DNA of 64,000 nucleotides from Bacillota bacterium (GTDB lineage Bacteria; Bacillota; Sulfobacillia; JAJZYS01; JAJYTV01). The position numbers were made by a program, and so were the translations under genes. Position 1 is the stretch's first letter. Each line of letters opens with the position of its first letter. Location: positions 25,593 through 89,592 of the forward strand of contig JAJYTE010000005.1 of NCBI GenBank assembly GCA_021793215.1. Reading direction: 5' to 3'. This document shows, one piece after another, positions 49,141 through 58,151 of this stretch. The notes beneath the pieces are model-generated. The model made no database searches and was not told the origin of the DNA. It saw only the letters and a program-made list of their open reading frames with translations.

Positions 49141-51393
49141 CTACTTGGCCTGCGCGTCGGCGATCAGCCGCACGACGCGCTCTGGCGTCAGCGGAAGTTC
49201 GCGCGCCATCCCGCCGCCGAGCGGGCGCAGCGCGTCTTCCACAGCGCCCGCCACGGCTGCGAGGGCCGGGACCGTGCCACCCTCGCCTACCCCCTTAACC
49301 CCGAGCGGGTTGCGCGGTGACGGTGAGCACAGGTGGTGGATCTCCGCCCCGGGAACGTCGAGCGCAGTCGGCAGCGGGTAGTCCATGAAGCTGCCCGTGA
49401 GCAGTTGACCCTGCTCGTCGTAGACCAGTTCCTCGAGCAGCGCCGCCGCCACGCCGTAGGAGAGGCCGCCTTGGATCTGGCCGTCCACCTGGCGCGGGCT
49501 GATGACCACCCCGCAGTCGTCGACGATCACGTAGCGCAGGATCTCGACGCCCCCCGTCTGCGGGTCTACCGCGACGATCGCGATGTGGCAGCCGTCGGCG
49601 TACGTCGCCTGCTCCGGGCGGAAGTCGGCCAGCGCGCGCAGGGGCGTTCCCTTCGCCGCAGCCTGCGCCGCGAGCTCCGAGAGCGCGAGCGAGCCCTCTG
49701 GCCCCTCGACCCTGCCGGGCGAGAGTGAGAGAAGGTCCTTGTCCTGCCTGAGCACCGCGGCGGCCTCCTGCAGCAGGAGCTCCTTGAGTTTGCCGCATGC
49801 GAGGTAGAGCGCCGAACCCGCGAGCACCGTCGCGCGCGAGCCGAAAGTGCCGATCCCGGCAGGCACGAGCGCGGTATCCGTGTCCGCGTAGACGATCTCG
49901 TCCGGCGTCTGCGACAGGGCGGAGCAGGCGATCTGGGTGAAGCTCGTCTCGTGGCCCTGCCCCTGCGCGGGGGACCCTGTCGCGATAAGGATCCGTCCAT
50001 CCGCCGCGAGCTCCGTGACCGCCATCTCGAAGGGCGCAACGCCGGTGTCCTCGGTGAACATGGCGATGCCAATGCCGATGCGCCGGCCATCGGCGAGCGG
50101 CTCCGCCTGGCGGCTCCGCCAAGCGTCAAGATCCGCGGCGTTGAGCGCCGTTTCCAGCGCCAAGGGGTAGTCACCGCTGTCGTAGACGATCGAGCCATGG
50201 CCGTACCGGTCGGGGATGAGCGTGTCGTACGGCATCTCGTGCGGCTCGATCAGGTTGCGGCGCCGGACCTCAGCGCGATCCAGCCCGAGGCGCTCCGCGA
50301 GCGCGTCCAGCATCCGCTCCATCACGAAGTTGCCCTCCGGTCTTCCGGCGCCGCGGTACGGCCCGACGGGCACCTTGTGCGTCTTGACGTTGCGCACGCG
50401 GCAGCGATAGGCGGAGAGGTGGTATGGGCCAGGGATCGTGACCGCCGTCGCCATCCCGTAGTTGATGCGGGCCGTGTAGGCTCCCGCGTCGAGCAGCATG
50501 TCGTCGTCGATGGCGAGGAGTGTCCCGTCGCGCCGCGCGGCGAGGCGCACGCGGTGGACCTGCGCGCGAGAGTGCACAGTCGAAAGGAAGTGCTCGCGCC
50601 GGTCCTCCTGGAACCGCACCGGCCGCTGCAGCTTCAGCGCCAGGTAGGCCGCGAGCACGTCCTCGGGGTACGTGCCGTTCTTCACGCCGAACCCGCCACC
50701 CACGTCCTGCGCCACGACGCGCACGCGCTCTGGCGGCAGCGAGAGCGCGCTCGCGATGCCCTGGCGCATCCCGTGCGGACCCTGGGTCGCGGCGTAGATC
50801 AGAAGGCCCTCGCCCTCCGGTACGGCGAGGATCGCACGGCCCTCCAAGGGCTGGGCCGTTGCCCGGCCGATCGCGAGCCGCTCCTCCAGTACGATGTCGG
50901 CGGCGGCGAACAACGGATCGATCTCGCCGAACGCGATCACCGCGTCGTCGTGCGAAGCGGCATCGCCGCCCGCCTGGGTCACGATGCGCTCCACGTCTGC
51001 GAGCACGTCGAGCCGCCGGTAGCGGACGAACAGCTTCTCAAGGGCATCCTCCGCGAGGTAGCGATCCTCGGCTACCGCTACCGCCACTCCCTGTCCGACG
51101 TAGAGCACCTCGTCCGTCGCGAGCGGCGGCTGCACGCCGCCGAAGAGATGCGGCGCCTCCTGGAGCAACGCGGCTCCGCCCATCGCGCACGAGACGCCCG
51201 GCAGGTCCGTGGCGCCGCGGTCCTCCAGGGAGATGATCGCCGCGTGCGCGTGCGGGCTTCGGAGCACCGCCATCTCGAGCACGTCCGGCAGTGGCAGGTC
51301 CCCGACGTAGCGGCCCTTGCCGGTCAGGAGGCGCTGGTCCTCGATGCGGAGGATGTCCTCGCCGATGCCTCCGCGCGTCTTGACCCGCGGCAT
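49141..51393 (-). CDS. xanthine dehydrogenase family molybdopterin-binding large subunit, form II CoxL-like (active-site loop …PYRGAGRPEGN…)
   Basis: Start MPRVKTRGGIGEDILRIEDQRLLTGKG…. Aldehyde oxidase/xanthine dehydrogenase a/b hammerhead and MoCo-binding domains. YRGAGR is the form II motif, not form I AYxCSFR. The ORF-track start at 52161 reads through the upstream genes in another frame. Confidence 0.8.
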   Translation of the reverse strand: MPRVKTRGGIGEDILRIEDQRLLTGKGRYVGDLPLPDVLEMAVLRSPHAHAAIISLEDRGATDLPGVSCAMGGAALLQEAPHLFGGVQPPLATDEVLYVGQGVAVAVAEDRYLAEDALEKLFVRYRRLDVLADVERIVTQAGGDAASHDDAVIAFGEIDPLFAAADIVLEERLAIGRATAQPLEGRAILAVPEGEGLLIYAATQGPHGMRQGIASALSLPPERVRVVAQDVGGGFGVKNGTYPEDVLAAYLALKLQRPVRFQEDRREHFLSTVHSRAQVHRVRLAARRDGTLLAIDDDMLLDAGAYTARINYGMATAVTIPGPYHLSAYRCRVRNVKTHKVPVGPYRGAGRPEGNFVMERMLDALAERLGLDRAEVRRRNLIEPHEMPYDTLIPDRYGHGSIVYDSGDYPLALETALNAADLDAWRSRQAEPLADGRRIGIGIAMFTEDTGVAPFEMAVTELAADGRILIATGSPAQGQGHETSFTQIACSALSQTPDEIVYADTDTALVPAGIGTFGSRATVLAGSALYLACGKLKELLLQEAAAVLRQDKDLLSLSPGRVEGPEGSLALSELAAQAAAKGTPLRALADFRPEQATYADGCHIAIVAVDPQTGGVEILRYVIVDDCGVVISPRQVDGQIQGGLSYGVAAALLEELVYDEQGQLLTGSFMDYPLPTALDVPGAEIHHLCSPSPRNPLGVKGVGEGGTVPALAAVAGAVEDALRPLGGGMARELPLTPERVVRLIADAQAK

Positions 51394-51893
51394 CAGGCTT
51401 GCCTCCGCTGGTCGGCCTGGAGCGTCCCGGCGGCTTCCCGCACCGCCTGAACGATGTTCTCGTAGCCGGTGCAGCGGCAGATCTGGCCCGAGAGCGCCGT
51501 GCGAATCTCCTGCTCGCTGGGGCTTGGGTTCTCTCTGAGGAACTCGGTGGCGGTCATCAGGAAGCCCGGGGTGCAGTAGCCGCACTGCAGCGCGTGCCGA
51601 CGCCGAAAGGCCTCCTGCAGAGGGGTGAGGTCTCCGTCGCCCGCGAGCCCCTCGACCGTCTGCACGGCGGCGCCGTCCAGCTGGGCCGCGAAGGTGAGGC
51701 ACGAGCGCATGGCCACGCCGTCCACCAGCACGGTGCAGGCGCCGCACACACCCTGCTCGCAGCCCGTGTGCGTCCCTCGCAGGCCGAGGTCGTCGCGCAG
51801 GAAGTCCGCGAGCGTCCGCCGCGCCTCGACCAGGCGCGAGACTTCGCTGCCGTTGACGGTCAGTTGGACCCTGACGCGATCCTGCGGTTCCAT
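51393..51893 (-). CDS. [2Fe-2S]-binding small subunit (CoxS/XdhC-type)
   Basis: Plant-ferredoxin-type and helical 2Fe-2S motifs (CEQGVCGACTV…; CGYCTPGF…CRCTGY). Overlaps its neighbours by 1 nt. Confidence 0.85.
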   Translation of the reverse strand: MEPQDRVRVQLTVNGSEVSRLVEARRTLADFLRDDLGLRGTHTGCEQGVCGACTVLVDGVAMRSCLTFAAQLDGAAVQTVEGLAGDGDLTPLQEAFRRRHALQCGYCTPGFLMTATEFLRENPSPSEQEIRTALSGQICRCTGYENIVQAVREAAGTLQADQRRQA

Positions 51894-52771
51894 CAGGCCA
51901 CCTCCCGTACTGCGCGCGCCGCGGCGGTCGCGAGGGCGCGCTCGACGAGCGTCCGCGCGAGTTCCCTTCGGTATCCTTCCGACGCTTGCACGTCGCTCTG
52001 CGGCTCGATCTCCTGTGAAGCGAGGCGCGCCCCCTCCGCGAAGGCGGTAGGCTCCGCCCTCTTCCCGGTGAGGAAGGCTTCCGCCTGCGACGCCCGCACG
52101 CATGCGGGCCCGACGCCCGCAAGGGCAAGCGCCGCCCGCGCGATGCTGCCGTCGCTGCCAAGCGTCACAAGCGCGGCGACGCCTACGATGGCGAAATCCC
52201 CATGGCGGCGCGCGAACTCGAGGAACGACGCCCCGGTTCCGGCTGGGGGGAGTGGGAAGACGAGGTCCGTCGCGACCTCGTCGGGCGCGAGCGCCGTCTG
52301 GAAGAATCCGAGGAAGAAGTCCTGCGAGGGGACATCGCGCAACCCTTGCGAGCCCTCAAGCCGCACGCTGCCATCGACCGCCGCGAGCACCGCGGGGATC
52401 TCGGCGGAGGGATCTGCGTGGCAGCAGCTCCCGACGAGCGTACCGCGGCTGCGGATCTGCGAGTGGCCGATCTGCGAGATCGCCTCGGCGAGGATCGGCA
52501 GGTTCGCGCGCACGAGCTCCGAGCGCTCCGCACTGCGCTGACGCGCGAGCATCTCCACGCGCAGAGCGCCCCGCTCGACGTAGATGCCATCCTTCTGGGG
52601 GATGCGGTTGAGGTCGATGAGGATCTCCGGGCGCGACAGGCGAAGGTTCATCATCGGAACGAGGCTCTGGCCACCGGCGAGCAGCTTCGCAGCGTCGGAG
52701 TGCTCGGACAGGAGGTCCACCGCTTCCGTGACGCTGCGGGCGGCCGCGTAGCGAAAACTCGCGGGCTTCAT
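51893..52771 (-). CDS. FAD-binding medium subunit (CoxM/XdhB-type)
   Basis: FAD_binding_5 pattern (…AGGQSLVPMMNLRL…; …GTLVGSCCHADPSAEIPAVL…). Confidence 0.8.
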   Translation of the reverse strand: MKPASFRYAAARSVTEAVDLLSEHSDAAKLLAGGQSLVPMMNLRLSRPEILIDLNRIPQKDGIYVERGALRVEMLARQRSAERSELVRANLPILAEAISQIGHSQIRSRGTLVGSCCHADPSAEIPAVLAAVDGSVRLEGSQGLRDVPSQDFFLGFFQTALAPDEVATDLVFPLPPAGTGASFLEFARRHGDFAIVGVAALVTLGSDGSIARAALALAGVGPACVRASQAEAFLTGKRAEPTAFAEGARLASQEIEPQSDVQASEGYRRELARTLVERALATAAARAVREVA

Positions 52772-52859
52772 ACGACACCTCCGTGGGTGCGGCAAAGGCT
52801 GGCTGGCCCATGCCTCATCTGCTGCAGATGATTCGCGTGCGTTCCGCGCGATGCCTGCC

Positions 52860-54848
52860 TCAGCGCTTCGACCTGGCCTCGGTGCGGCGCGACTCGAGCT
52901 CCGCGATCAGGTCGCGCACCACGGCCGCGCGCTCGAACTCGAGGGCGCGGGCCGCCTCCCGCATCTCACGCCGCAGCTTCTCGAGAAGTCGCGGAATGTC
53001 GCGCGGCTTCACGCTCTCGATGCCCTTCTCGTCGAGCGCCTGCACGCCGATCGGCTTTGTCGCCTCGATCACGTCGCGCACGGCCTTCTCCACACCCTGC
53101 GGCGTGATGCCGTGCTCTGCGTTGAACTCCGCTTGCAGCGCGCGCCGCCGCTCGGTTTCCGAGATCGCCTGCGCCATCGAGTCCGTGACGACGTCGGCGT
53201 AGAGGATCACCCGCCCGTCGAGGTTTCTGGCCGCGCGGCCGATCGTCTGCACGAGCGCCGTCGCGGATCTGAGGTAGCCCTCCTTGTCGGCGTCGAGGAT
53301 GGCGACGAGCGCCACCTCCGGCAGGTCGAGACCCTCGCGCAGAAGGTTGATGCCGACGAGCACGTCGAAGACGCCGAGCCGCAGGTCGCGGATGATCGCC
53401 ATCCGCTCGATCGTCTCGACATCGGAGTGCATGTAGCGGACCTTCACACCGACCTCCTTGAGGTAGTCGGTGAGTTCCTCGGACATCTTCTTGGTCAAGG
53501 TGGTGACGAGGACGCGCTGGTGCCGTTCGGCCCGCACGCGGATCTCGTGCAGCAGGTCGTCGATCTGCCCCTTCGTCGGCCGCACCTCGACCTCGGGGTC
53601 CAGAAGACCCGTGGGCCGCACGATCTGTTCCATCACGCGCGACGAGCGGGAGAGCTCGAAGTTCGACGGCGTCGCCGAGACGTACACGACCTGGTTGAGG
53701 CGTTCGAGGAACTCGTCGAAGCGCAGCGGGCGGTTGTCGAACGCCGAGGGGAGGCGGAACCCGAAGTCCACGAGGGACTCCTTGCGCGAGCGGTCGCCCG
53801 CGTACATCGCGCGCACCTGCGGCAGCGACTGGTGCGACTCGTCGACGAACAGCAGGAAGTCCTTGGGGAAGAAGTCGAGCAGCGTGTACGGAGGTGCGCC
53901 CGGGGGGCGGCCCGTCAGGTGGCGCGAGTAGTTCTCGATGCCCGGGCAGAAGCCGATCTCCTGCAGCATCTCCATGTCATGGCGCGTGCGCTGCTCGATC
54001 CGCTGGGCCTCGAGGAGCTTGCCCTGGGAGCGGAGCATGAGCAGCTGGTTCTCGAGTTCCTCCTCGATGGTCACGATCGCGCGCTCGCGCTTGTCCTTCG
54101 ATGTGACGTAATGCGAGGCCGGGTAGATCGCGACGTGGTGACGCGAACCGAGGATCTCTCCTGTGAGGACGTCGACCTCGAGGATCCGCTCGATCAGGTC
54201 GCCGTTGAACTCGATGCGGATCGCCCGCTCCTCGTTCGAGGCCGGAAGCACTTCGAGCACCTCGCCGCGCAGGCGGAAGGTGCCGCGCGTGAAGTTCACG
54301 TCGTTGCGGTCGTACTGGATGTCGACGAGCTTGCGCAGAATCTCGCGCCGGTCTCGCTCCTGACCCGCGCGCAGCGAGAGGCAGAGGGCGTGGTAGTCCT
54401 CCGGCGAGCCGAGCCCGTAGATGCAGCTCACGGACGCCACGATGATCACGTCGCGCCGCTCGAAGAGCGCCGTGGTGGCGGCGTGGCGCAGCTTGTCGAT
54501 CTCGTCGTTGATCGTCGCGTCCTTCTCGATGTAGGTGTCGCTCGTCGCGATGTACGCCTCGGGCTGGTAGTAGTCGTAGTAGGAGACGAAGTACTCGACG
54601 GCGTTTCGTGGGAAGAAGGCCTGGAATTCGCCGCAAAGTTGCGCCGCCAGCGTCTTGTTGTGGGCGAGGACGAGCGTGGGGCGCTGCAGCTCCTCGATCA
54701 CCCAGGCCATCGTCGCCGTCTTGCCCGAACCGGTCACCCCAAGGAGCGTCTGCTCGCGCAGCCCTTCGCGCAGCCCTTCGCTGAGCCCGGCGATCGCCTT
54801 CGGCTGGTCACCCGCAGGCCGGTAGCTCGACTCGATCTGAAAGTCCAT
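52860..54848 (-). CDS. uvrB: excinuclease ABC subunit B
   Basis: Start [16 protein letters not shown]… preceded by GGAGGAGG. Helicase motifs GVTGSGKT and DESH, C-terminal UVR domain. Confidence 0.95.
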   Translation of the reverse strand: MDFQIESSYRPAGDQPKAIAGLSEGLREGLREQTLLGVTGSGKTATMAWVIEELQRPTLVLAHNKTLAAQLCGEFQAFFPRNAVEYFVSYYDYYQPEAYIATSDTYIEKDATINDEIDKLRHAATTALFERRDVIIVASVSCIYGLGSPEDYHALCLSLRAGQERDRREILRKLVDIQYDRNDVNFTRGTFRLRGEVLEVLPASNEERAIRIEFNGDLIERILEVDVLTGEILGSRHHVAIYPASHYVTSKDKRERAIVTIEEELENQLLMLRSQGKLLEAQRIEQRTRHDMEMLQEIGFCPGIENYSRHLTGRPPGAPPYTLLDFFPKDFLLFVDESHQSLPQVRAMYAGDRSRKESLVDFGFRLPSAFDNRPLRFDEFLERLNQVVYVSATPSNFELSRSSRVMEQIVRPTGLLDPEVEVRPTKGQIDDLLHEIRVRAERHQRVLVTTLTKKMSEELTDYLKEVGVKVRYMHSDVETIERMAIIRDLRLGVFDVLVGINLLREGLDLPEVALVAILDADKEGYLRSATALVQTIGRAARNLDGRVILYADVVTDSMAQAISETERRRALQAEFNAEHGITPQGVEKAVRDVIEATKPIGVQALDEKGIESVKPRDIPRLLEKLRREMREAARALEFERAAVVRDLIAELESRRTEARSKR

Positions 54849-54893
54849 GCAGGCCTCCTCCGTGCAGCGCACGCCGCCTGCGAGGCGGCGACA

Positions 54894-54922
54894 GAACCGT
54901 GCACTTGTTCGGTTTCAGTATA
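54894..54922 (-). promoter_or_regulatory. putative uvrB promoter (-10 TATACT) with overlapping GAAC-N9-GTTC dyad (candidate LexA-type SOS operator)
   Basis: Minus strand reads …cgcTATACTgaaaccGAACaagtgcacgGTTCtg…, with GTGCAC at the centre. ~45 nt upstream of the uvrB ATG. Confidence 0.35.
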
Positions 54923-55038
54923 GCGTGCGCGCCGTCCGCGCGTCGCCCCAGACCGCTTCGACCTTCCAGAACGGGAGAGGGCGCTGCCTTCGGCGCAGCG
55001 CCCTCTCCTGTTCGTTCCGCCCGGGCGCGCCCGGACGT

Positions 55039-55257
55039 TCAGCGGCGTGCCCTCCTGCGCACGGCCGAGAGCAGCAGCATGGACTGCGCGATCGGCAGGC
55101 CCACGAGGTAGATGCCGAGCCCAAGGAGCACGAGGCCGATCGGCAGCACCACCCAGTCGGCGCGCGTCAGGGCGGTGTAGCTGAGGGCTGTGCCGACGAC
55201 GCCCGCCAGCATCCCCGGGATGATGCGCCAAGGGGTCGGGGGCGGCGGCAGGCGCAT
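55039..55257 (-). CDS. small 2-TM membrane protein (hypothetical)
   Basis: 72 aa MRLPPPPTPWRIIPGMLAGVVGTALSYTAL…LPIGLVLLGLGIYLVGL…. Its ATG overlaps the upstream stop by 1 nt. Confidence 0.3.
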   Translation of the reverse strand: MRLPPPPTPWRIIPGMLAGVVGTALSYTALTRADWVVLPIGLVLLGLGIYLVGLPIAQSMLLLSAVRRRARR

Positions 55258-56186
55258 CACTCTCTCCTCGCTTTGCGCCAGATCAGGCGGTGCAGCCCGA
55301 CGCCGCGAGGGATGTCGCGCAGCCCGGGGATGAACGGCACGAGCATGAGGAGGAGCGAGAGGAGTCCGATCGTAAGGCCGACCAGGAGGTCCGCCGAGGC
55401 GGACGTGCTGTAGGGCGGAATCTGGTAGAGCGCCGTGTAGAGCCACAGCCAGACTGCGCCTGGGTAGTTGTCCGGTTCGCGCATCATGCCCCACTGCGCG
55501 CCGAGCATGTGCAGCGGCGTCGCGGCCGCACCCATGGCCTGACCCTGCAAGAGCAGCATCTGGGACGTCAGGTCCGTCTGGTACACGGAGCCGTTCTGGC
55601 CGACCGCCGCCTCGAGCAGCCCGCTGCGCGCGAGCCGGAAGTAGCCGTCGAGCATCGTCGGCAGCGGACCGTAGTGGCCCTTGGGCAGCACGACGCCCGA
55701 CGCATCGTAGCGCGCCTTGCCGAGCGCCTTCAGCGCCGCTCCGGTCCATGCTTGCTGCTGGCTTCGCGGCGCGGCTTCGTAGGTCGTGAGGGCGCCTTTC
55801 AGGTTCGGCGAGAGCGCAGCCGCCGATTGCAGCGGCCGAAGGACGAACACCTTCGCCGCGTTGATCGGGATCTGCACGCCGGCCCATGCCTCGGGCGAGA
55901 AGCCGCCAATCGACTGCGAAGCGCCGGGCTGGTTGTTGTATGGTGGCCCGTACTGCGCGATGGCCGACTGGCCAGCCAGCGCTCTCAGGGCGGTCCCCGC
56001 GAGGATGGCGGGTTCGACCTTCGCGACGCGCTGCGCGGTGAGGGACGGTTCGTCCGGGGAGGAGAAGGCCGCCGCGAGGACGACCCCAAGCGCCAGCACG
56101 ATCGCGAGCGCCCACGCGAGTTCCTTCAGGAGGTCGTCCGGCTTCATCGATACGCCGCGGTAGTAGCGGCGCTGGCGATCGCTCAT
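55257..56186 (-). CDS. membrane protein (N- and C-terminal TM helices, large Cys-free extracytoplasmic domain), co-operonic with cytochrome b
   Basis: Start MSDRQRRYY… overlaps the cytochrome b stop (ATGA). No CxxCH or Rieske motifs. Confidence 0.45.
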   Translation of the reverse strand: MSDRQRRYYRGVSMKPDDLLKELAWALAIVLALGVVLAAAFSSPDEPSLTAQRVAKVEPAILAGTALRALAGQSAIAQYGPPYNNQPGASQSIGGFSPEAWAGVQIPINAAKVFVLRPLQSAAALSPNLKGALTTYEAAPRSQQQAWTGAALKALGKARYDASGVVLPKGHYGPLPTMLDGYFRLARSGLLEAAVGQNGSVYQTDLTSQMLLLQGQAMGAAATPLHMLGAQWGMMREPDNYPGAVWLWLYTALYQIPPYSTSASADLLVGLTIGLLSLLLMLVPFIPGLRDIPRGVGLHRLIWRKARRE

Positions 56187-56797
56187 GACCGGCGCACCAC
56201 CTTCGGCGGCGGGTCGTCGATCGGGCGTACGACCCCGTGCCAGCGCACAAGCAGAATGTGCAGTCCGATCAGGATGGCGAGCACGAGCGGCAGGATGACG
56301 ATGTGAAAGCCGTACATCTGCCCGAAGTTCAGGAGGTTGAAGAAGCCACCCACGCCGAGGGCGTTCATGGCGTCCTTGCCCTGCACCGCGATCCACTGGC
56401 TGTCGAAGTTCTGCTGCGACAGGAAGCCCGTGAGCGCTGTGGGGACGGAGATCAGGAACAGCAGTACGCCGACCACCCAGGTCCACTGCCGCCCGTCGCG
56501 CCACGCGGCCATGAAGAACTGGGACCATAGGTGCAGGACCATGGCGAAGAAGAACATCTGGACCGTCCAGAAGTGCAGGCTGTTGAAGAAGTGCCCGACG
56601 CCCGAGACGTGCCACCACTGCGGGCCGAACGCAGCCAGAATGATGCCGCTCACGACGAGCAGCACGAAGCTCGCCAGCGTCGCGACGCCGAAGTAGTAGA
56701 CGTACGAGTGTACGTAGCGCGGCAGCTCGGACGGCAGCAGATCCTCGTACGGCAGCTCCCGCTGCAGGGTCTGCTGGACCTTCTTCGTCCAGTTCAC
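56183..56797 (-). CDS. cytochrome b/b6 N-terminal-domain protein (di-heme, ~204 aa)
   Basis: Four TM helices with His pairs (…GHFFNSLHFWTVQMFFFAMVLHLW… and …FHIVILPLVLAILIGLHILLVRWHG…), the bis-His ligation pattern of cytochrome b6/bc. GTG start. Confidence 0.7.
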   Translation of the reverse strand: MNWTKKVQQTLQRELPYEDLLPSELPRYVHSYVYYFGVATLASFVLLVVSGIILAAFGPQWWHVSGVGHFFNSLHFWTVQMFFFAMVLHLWSQFFMAAWRDGRQWTWVVGVLLFLISVPTALTGFLSQQNFDSQWIAVQGKDAMNALGVGGFFNLLNFGQMYGFHIVILPLVLAILIGLHILLVRWHGVVRPIDDPPPKVVRRS

Positions 56798-56949
56798 TTC
56801 CCCGCCCCCCTGCGGCGGACAGGCAGCCAGACGGCCAAAGCGAACAGGACGACCATCAGGGTGATCGTCAGGACGTCCACCGCCGTCAGGCTGAGGAATC
56901 CGAGGCCGATCTCCGTCCCTGGAGTCGCGCCGGGAACGAGCGGGTCCAT
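56794..56949 (-). CDS. small single-TM protein (51 aa) immediately upstream of cytochrome b
   Basis: MDPLVPGATPGTEIGLGFLSLTAVDVLTITLMVVLFALAVWLPVRRRGRGK. Its TGA overlaps the cytochrome b GTG (GTGA). Confidence 0.25.
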   Translation of the reverse strand: MDPLVPGATPGTEIGLGFLSLTAVDVLTITLMVVLFALAVWLPVRRRGAGK

Positions 56950-57009
56950 TCCGCCACCTCACTTCGTCCGCGCGCTGAGCGCGCACGCCCGCGCCTCAGT
57001 CGAGACGAT

Positions 57010-57579
57010 CTACTTCGGTACCCACTTGGCGAACTGCGCCAGATGCCCCCAGTAGCCCGCATACCCGGTGAAGAGGAAGACGACGGCCGCGATCCCGAGG
57101 AAGATGGCCGCCACGATCGCGATGCCGCGCTGCTTGCGCCAGTTGATCGCCGGCAAGGTAAGCATGCCGCCGATGCCTGCCGCAATATACCCGATCGAGG
57201 TCAGCGCCGGCTGAGAGGTCATCCCGAGGTCCCCGATGCGGATCCCGACGACCACCGCCAAGAGCCCTCCGAAGAACCCGTACAGGGCGGGGATCAAGGG
57301 GTCCCAGCGCAGCGCCAACGTGATGCCGGCGCCGACGAACGCCACGCTGAGGTACAGCGCCGGCTCCCCGAACGCGATGTTGTACGAACCGGGCAGGGGC
57401 CAGTTCACGATCATCGGCACGGAAGTGACAAGGCCCAGCAGGCCCGCGGCGAAGAAGCCGGCGGCCCAGGCCTGGCGGTCGCCGGGCTCAGGATTGCGGT
57501 ACAGGTAGTGCGCAAGGATGACGAAGCCGGAGGAAAGACCAACGAGCATCACGGCAAGGTAATCGGTGAACAACTGCAT
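57010..57579 (-). CDS. polytopic membrane protein (5-6 TM; DUF981-like?), hypothetical
   Basis: Start MQLFTDYLAVML… preceded by AAGGTGGGGGG. Hydrophobic throughout. Confidence 0.5.
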   Translation of the reverse strand: MQLFTDYLAVMLVGLSSGFVILAHYLYRNPEPGDRQAWAAGFFAAGLLGLVTSVPMIVNWPLPGSYNIAFGEPALYLSVAFVGAGITLALRWDPLIPALYGFFGGLLAVVVGIRIGDLGMTSQPALTSIGYIAAGIGGMLTLPAINWRKQRGIAIVAAIFLGIAAVVFLFTGYAGYWGHLAQFAKWVPK

Positions 57580-57689
57580 CCCCCCACCTTGAGATCGGAG
57601 GGCGGCCCCCCGCGAGTATGAGCCCACTATGAGGAGTCGGGTAGGAATTGGCAAGTGCACGGGCCCATGAGCATGCGGCCATGGGACGA

Positions 57690-57724
57690 AGGTCGGGGCA
57701 TGGGTTCCAGACCCATGCCCCGAC
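57690..57724 (-). terminator. perfect 15-bp stem / 5-nt loop hairpin downstream of bactofilin gene
   Basis: GGTCGGGGCATGGGT-TCCAG-ACCCATGCCCCGACC. The 3' flank on the minus strand (TTCGTCCC) is weakly U-rich. Confidence 0.45.
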
Positions 57725-57740
57725 CGCGGACGCCGAGCCG

Positions 57741-58148
57741 CTACTGCGCGGCGGCCTTCGCCTCGCCCTGTTTGCCCTTGGTCGGCTGGTTGGCGGCGAG
57801 ATCGCCGTTCAGCGACGCGCCCTCCGCGACCGAAAGCTTCTGCGCCCGGATCTCCCCGTTGACGCGCGCCGTCTCGCCGATCTCGCAGCGCTCCGCCTGG
57901 ATCGATCCCTCGACCAAGCCTTGCACCACCAGCTCGCGGACGGTCAGCTTGGCATGCACCTCGGCGCGCGGTCCGATCACGACCGTGCCCTCGTGCTCTA
58001 CCTGACCGGTCACCTTGCCCTCGATGCGCAGGACGCCCTTGCCGCGCAAGGTACCCTCGAACTGCACATCCGTACCGATGTACGTCGCAGAGGAGTCGAC
58101 CGGCGCTGCATCCTCACCGGAACGCTTGTTGGCGAACATCCGTGACAT
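57741..58148 (-). CDS. bactofilin (polymer-forming cytoskeletal protein)
   Basis: 135 aa. Repetitive beta-helix pattern (…GTVVIGPRAEVHAKLTVRELVVQGLVEGSIQAERCEIGETARVNGEI…) typical of the DUF583 bactofilin domain. Confidence 0.85.
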   Translation of the reverse strand: MSRMFANKRSGEDAAPVDSSATYIGTDVQFEGTLRGKGVLRIEGKVTGQVEHEGTVVIGPRAEVHAKLTVRELVVQGLVEGSIQAERCEIGETARVNGEIRAQKLSVAEGASLNGDLAANQPTKGKQGEAKAAAQ

Positions 58149-58151
58149 GGC

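Noticed and set aside
49951-51450. 499-aa plus-strand ORF antisense to the CoxL-like gene
   Set aside because: It overlaps the Mo large subunit, which has strong family motifs. Composition is low-complexity and Arg-rich.
52851-54923. 690-aa plus-strand ORF antisense to uvrB
   Set aside because: It fully overlaps uvrB, which has helicase motifs and a UVR domain. It is an antisense open frame typical of GC-rich genes.
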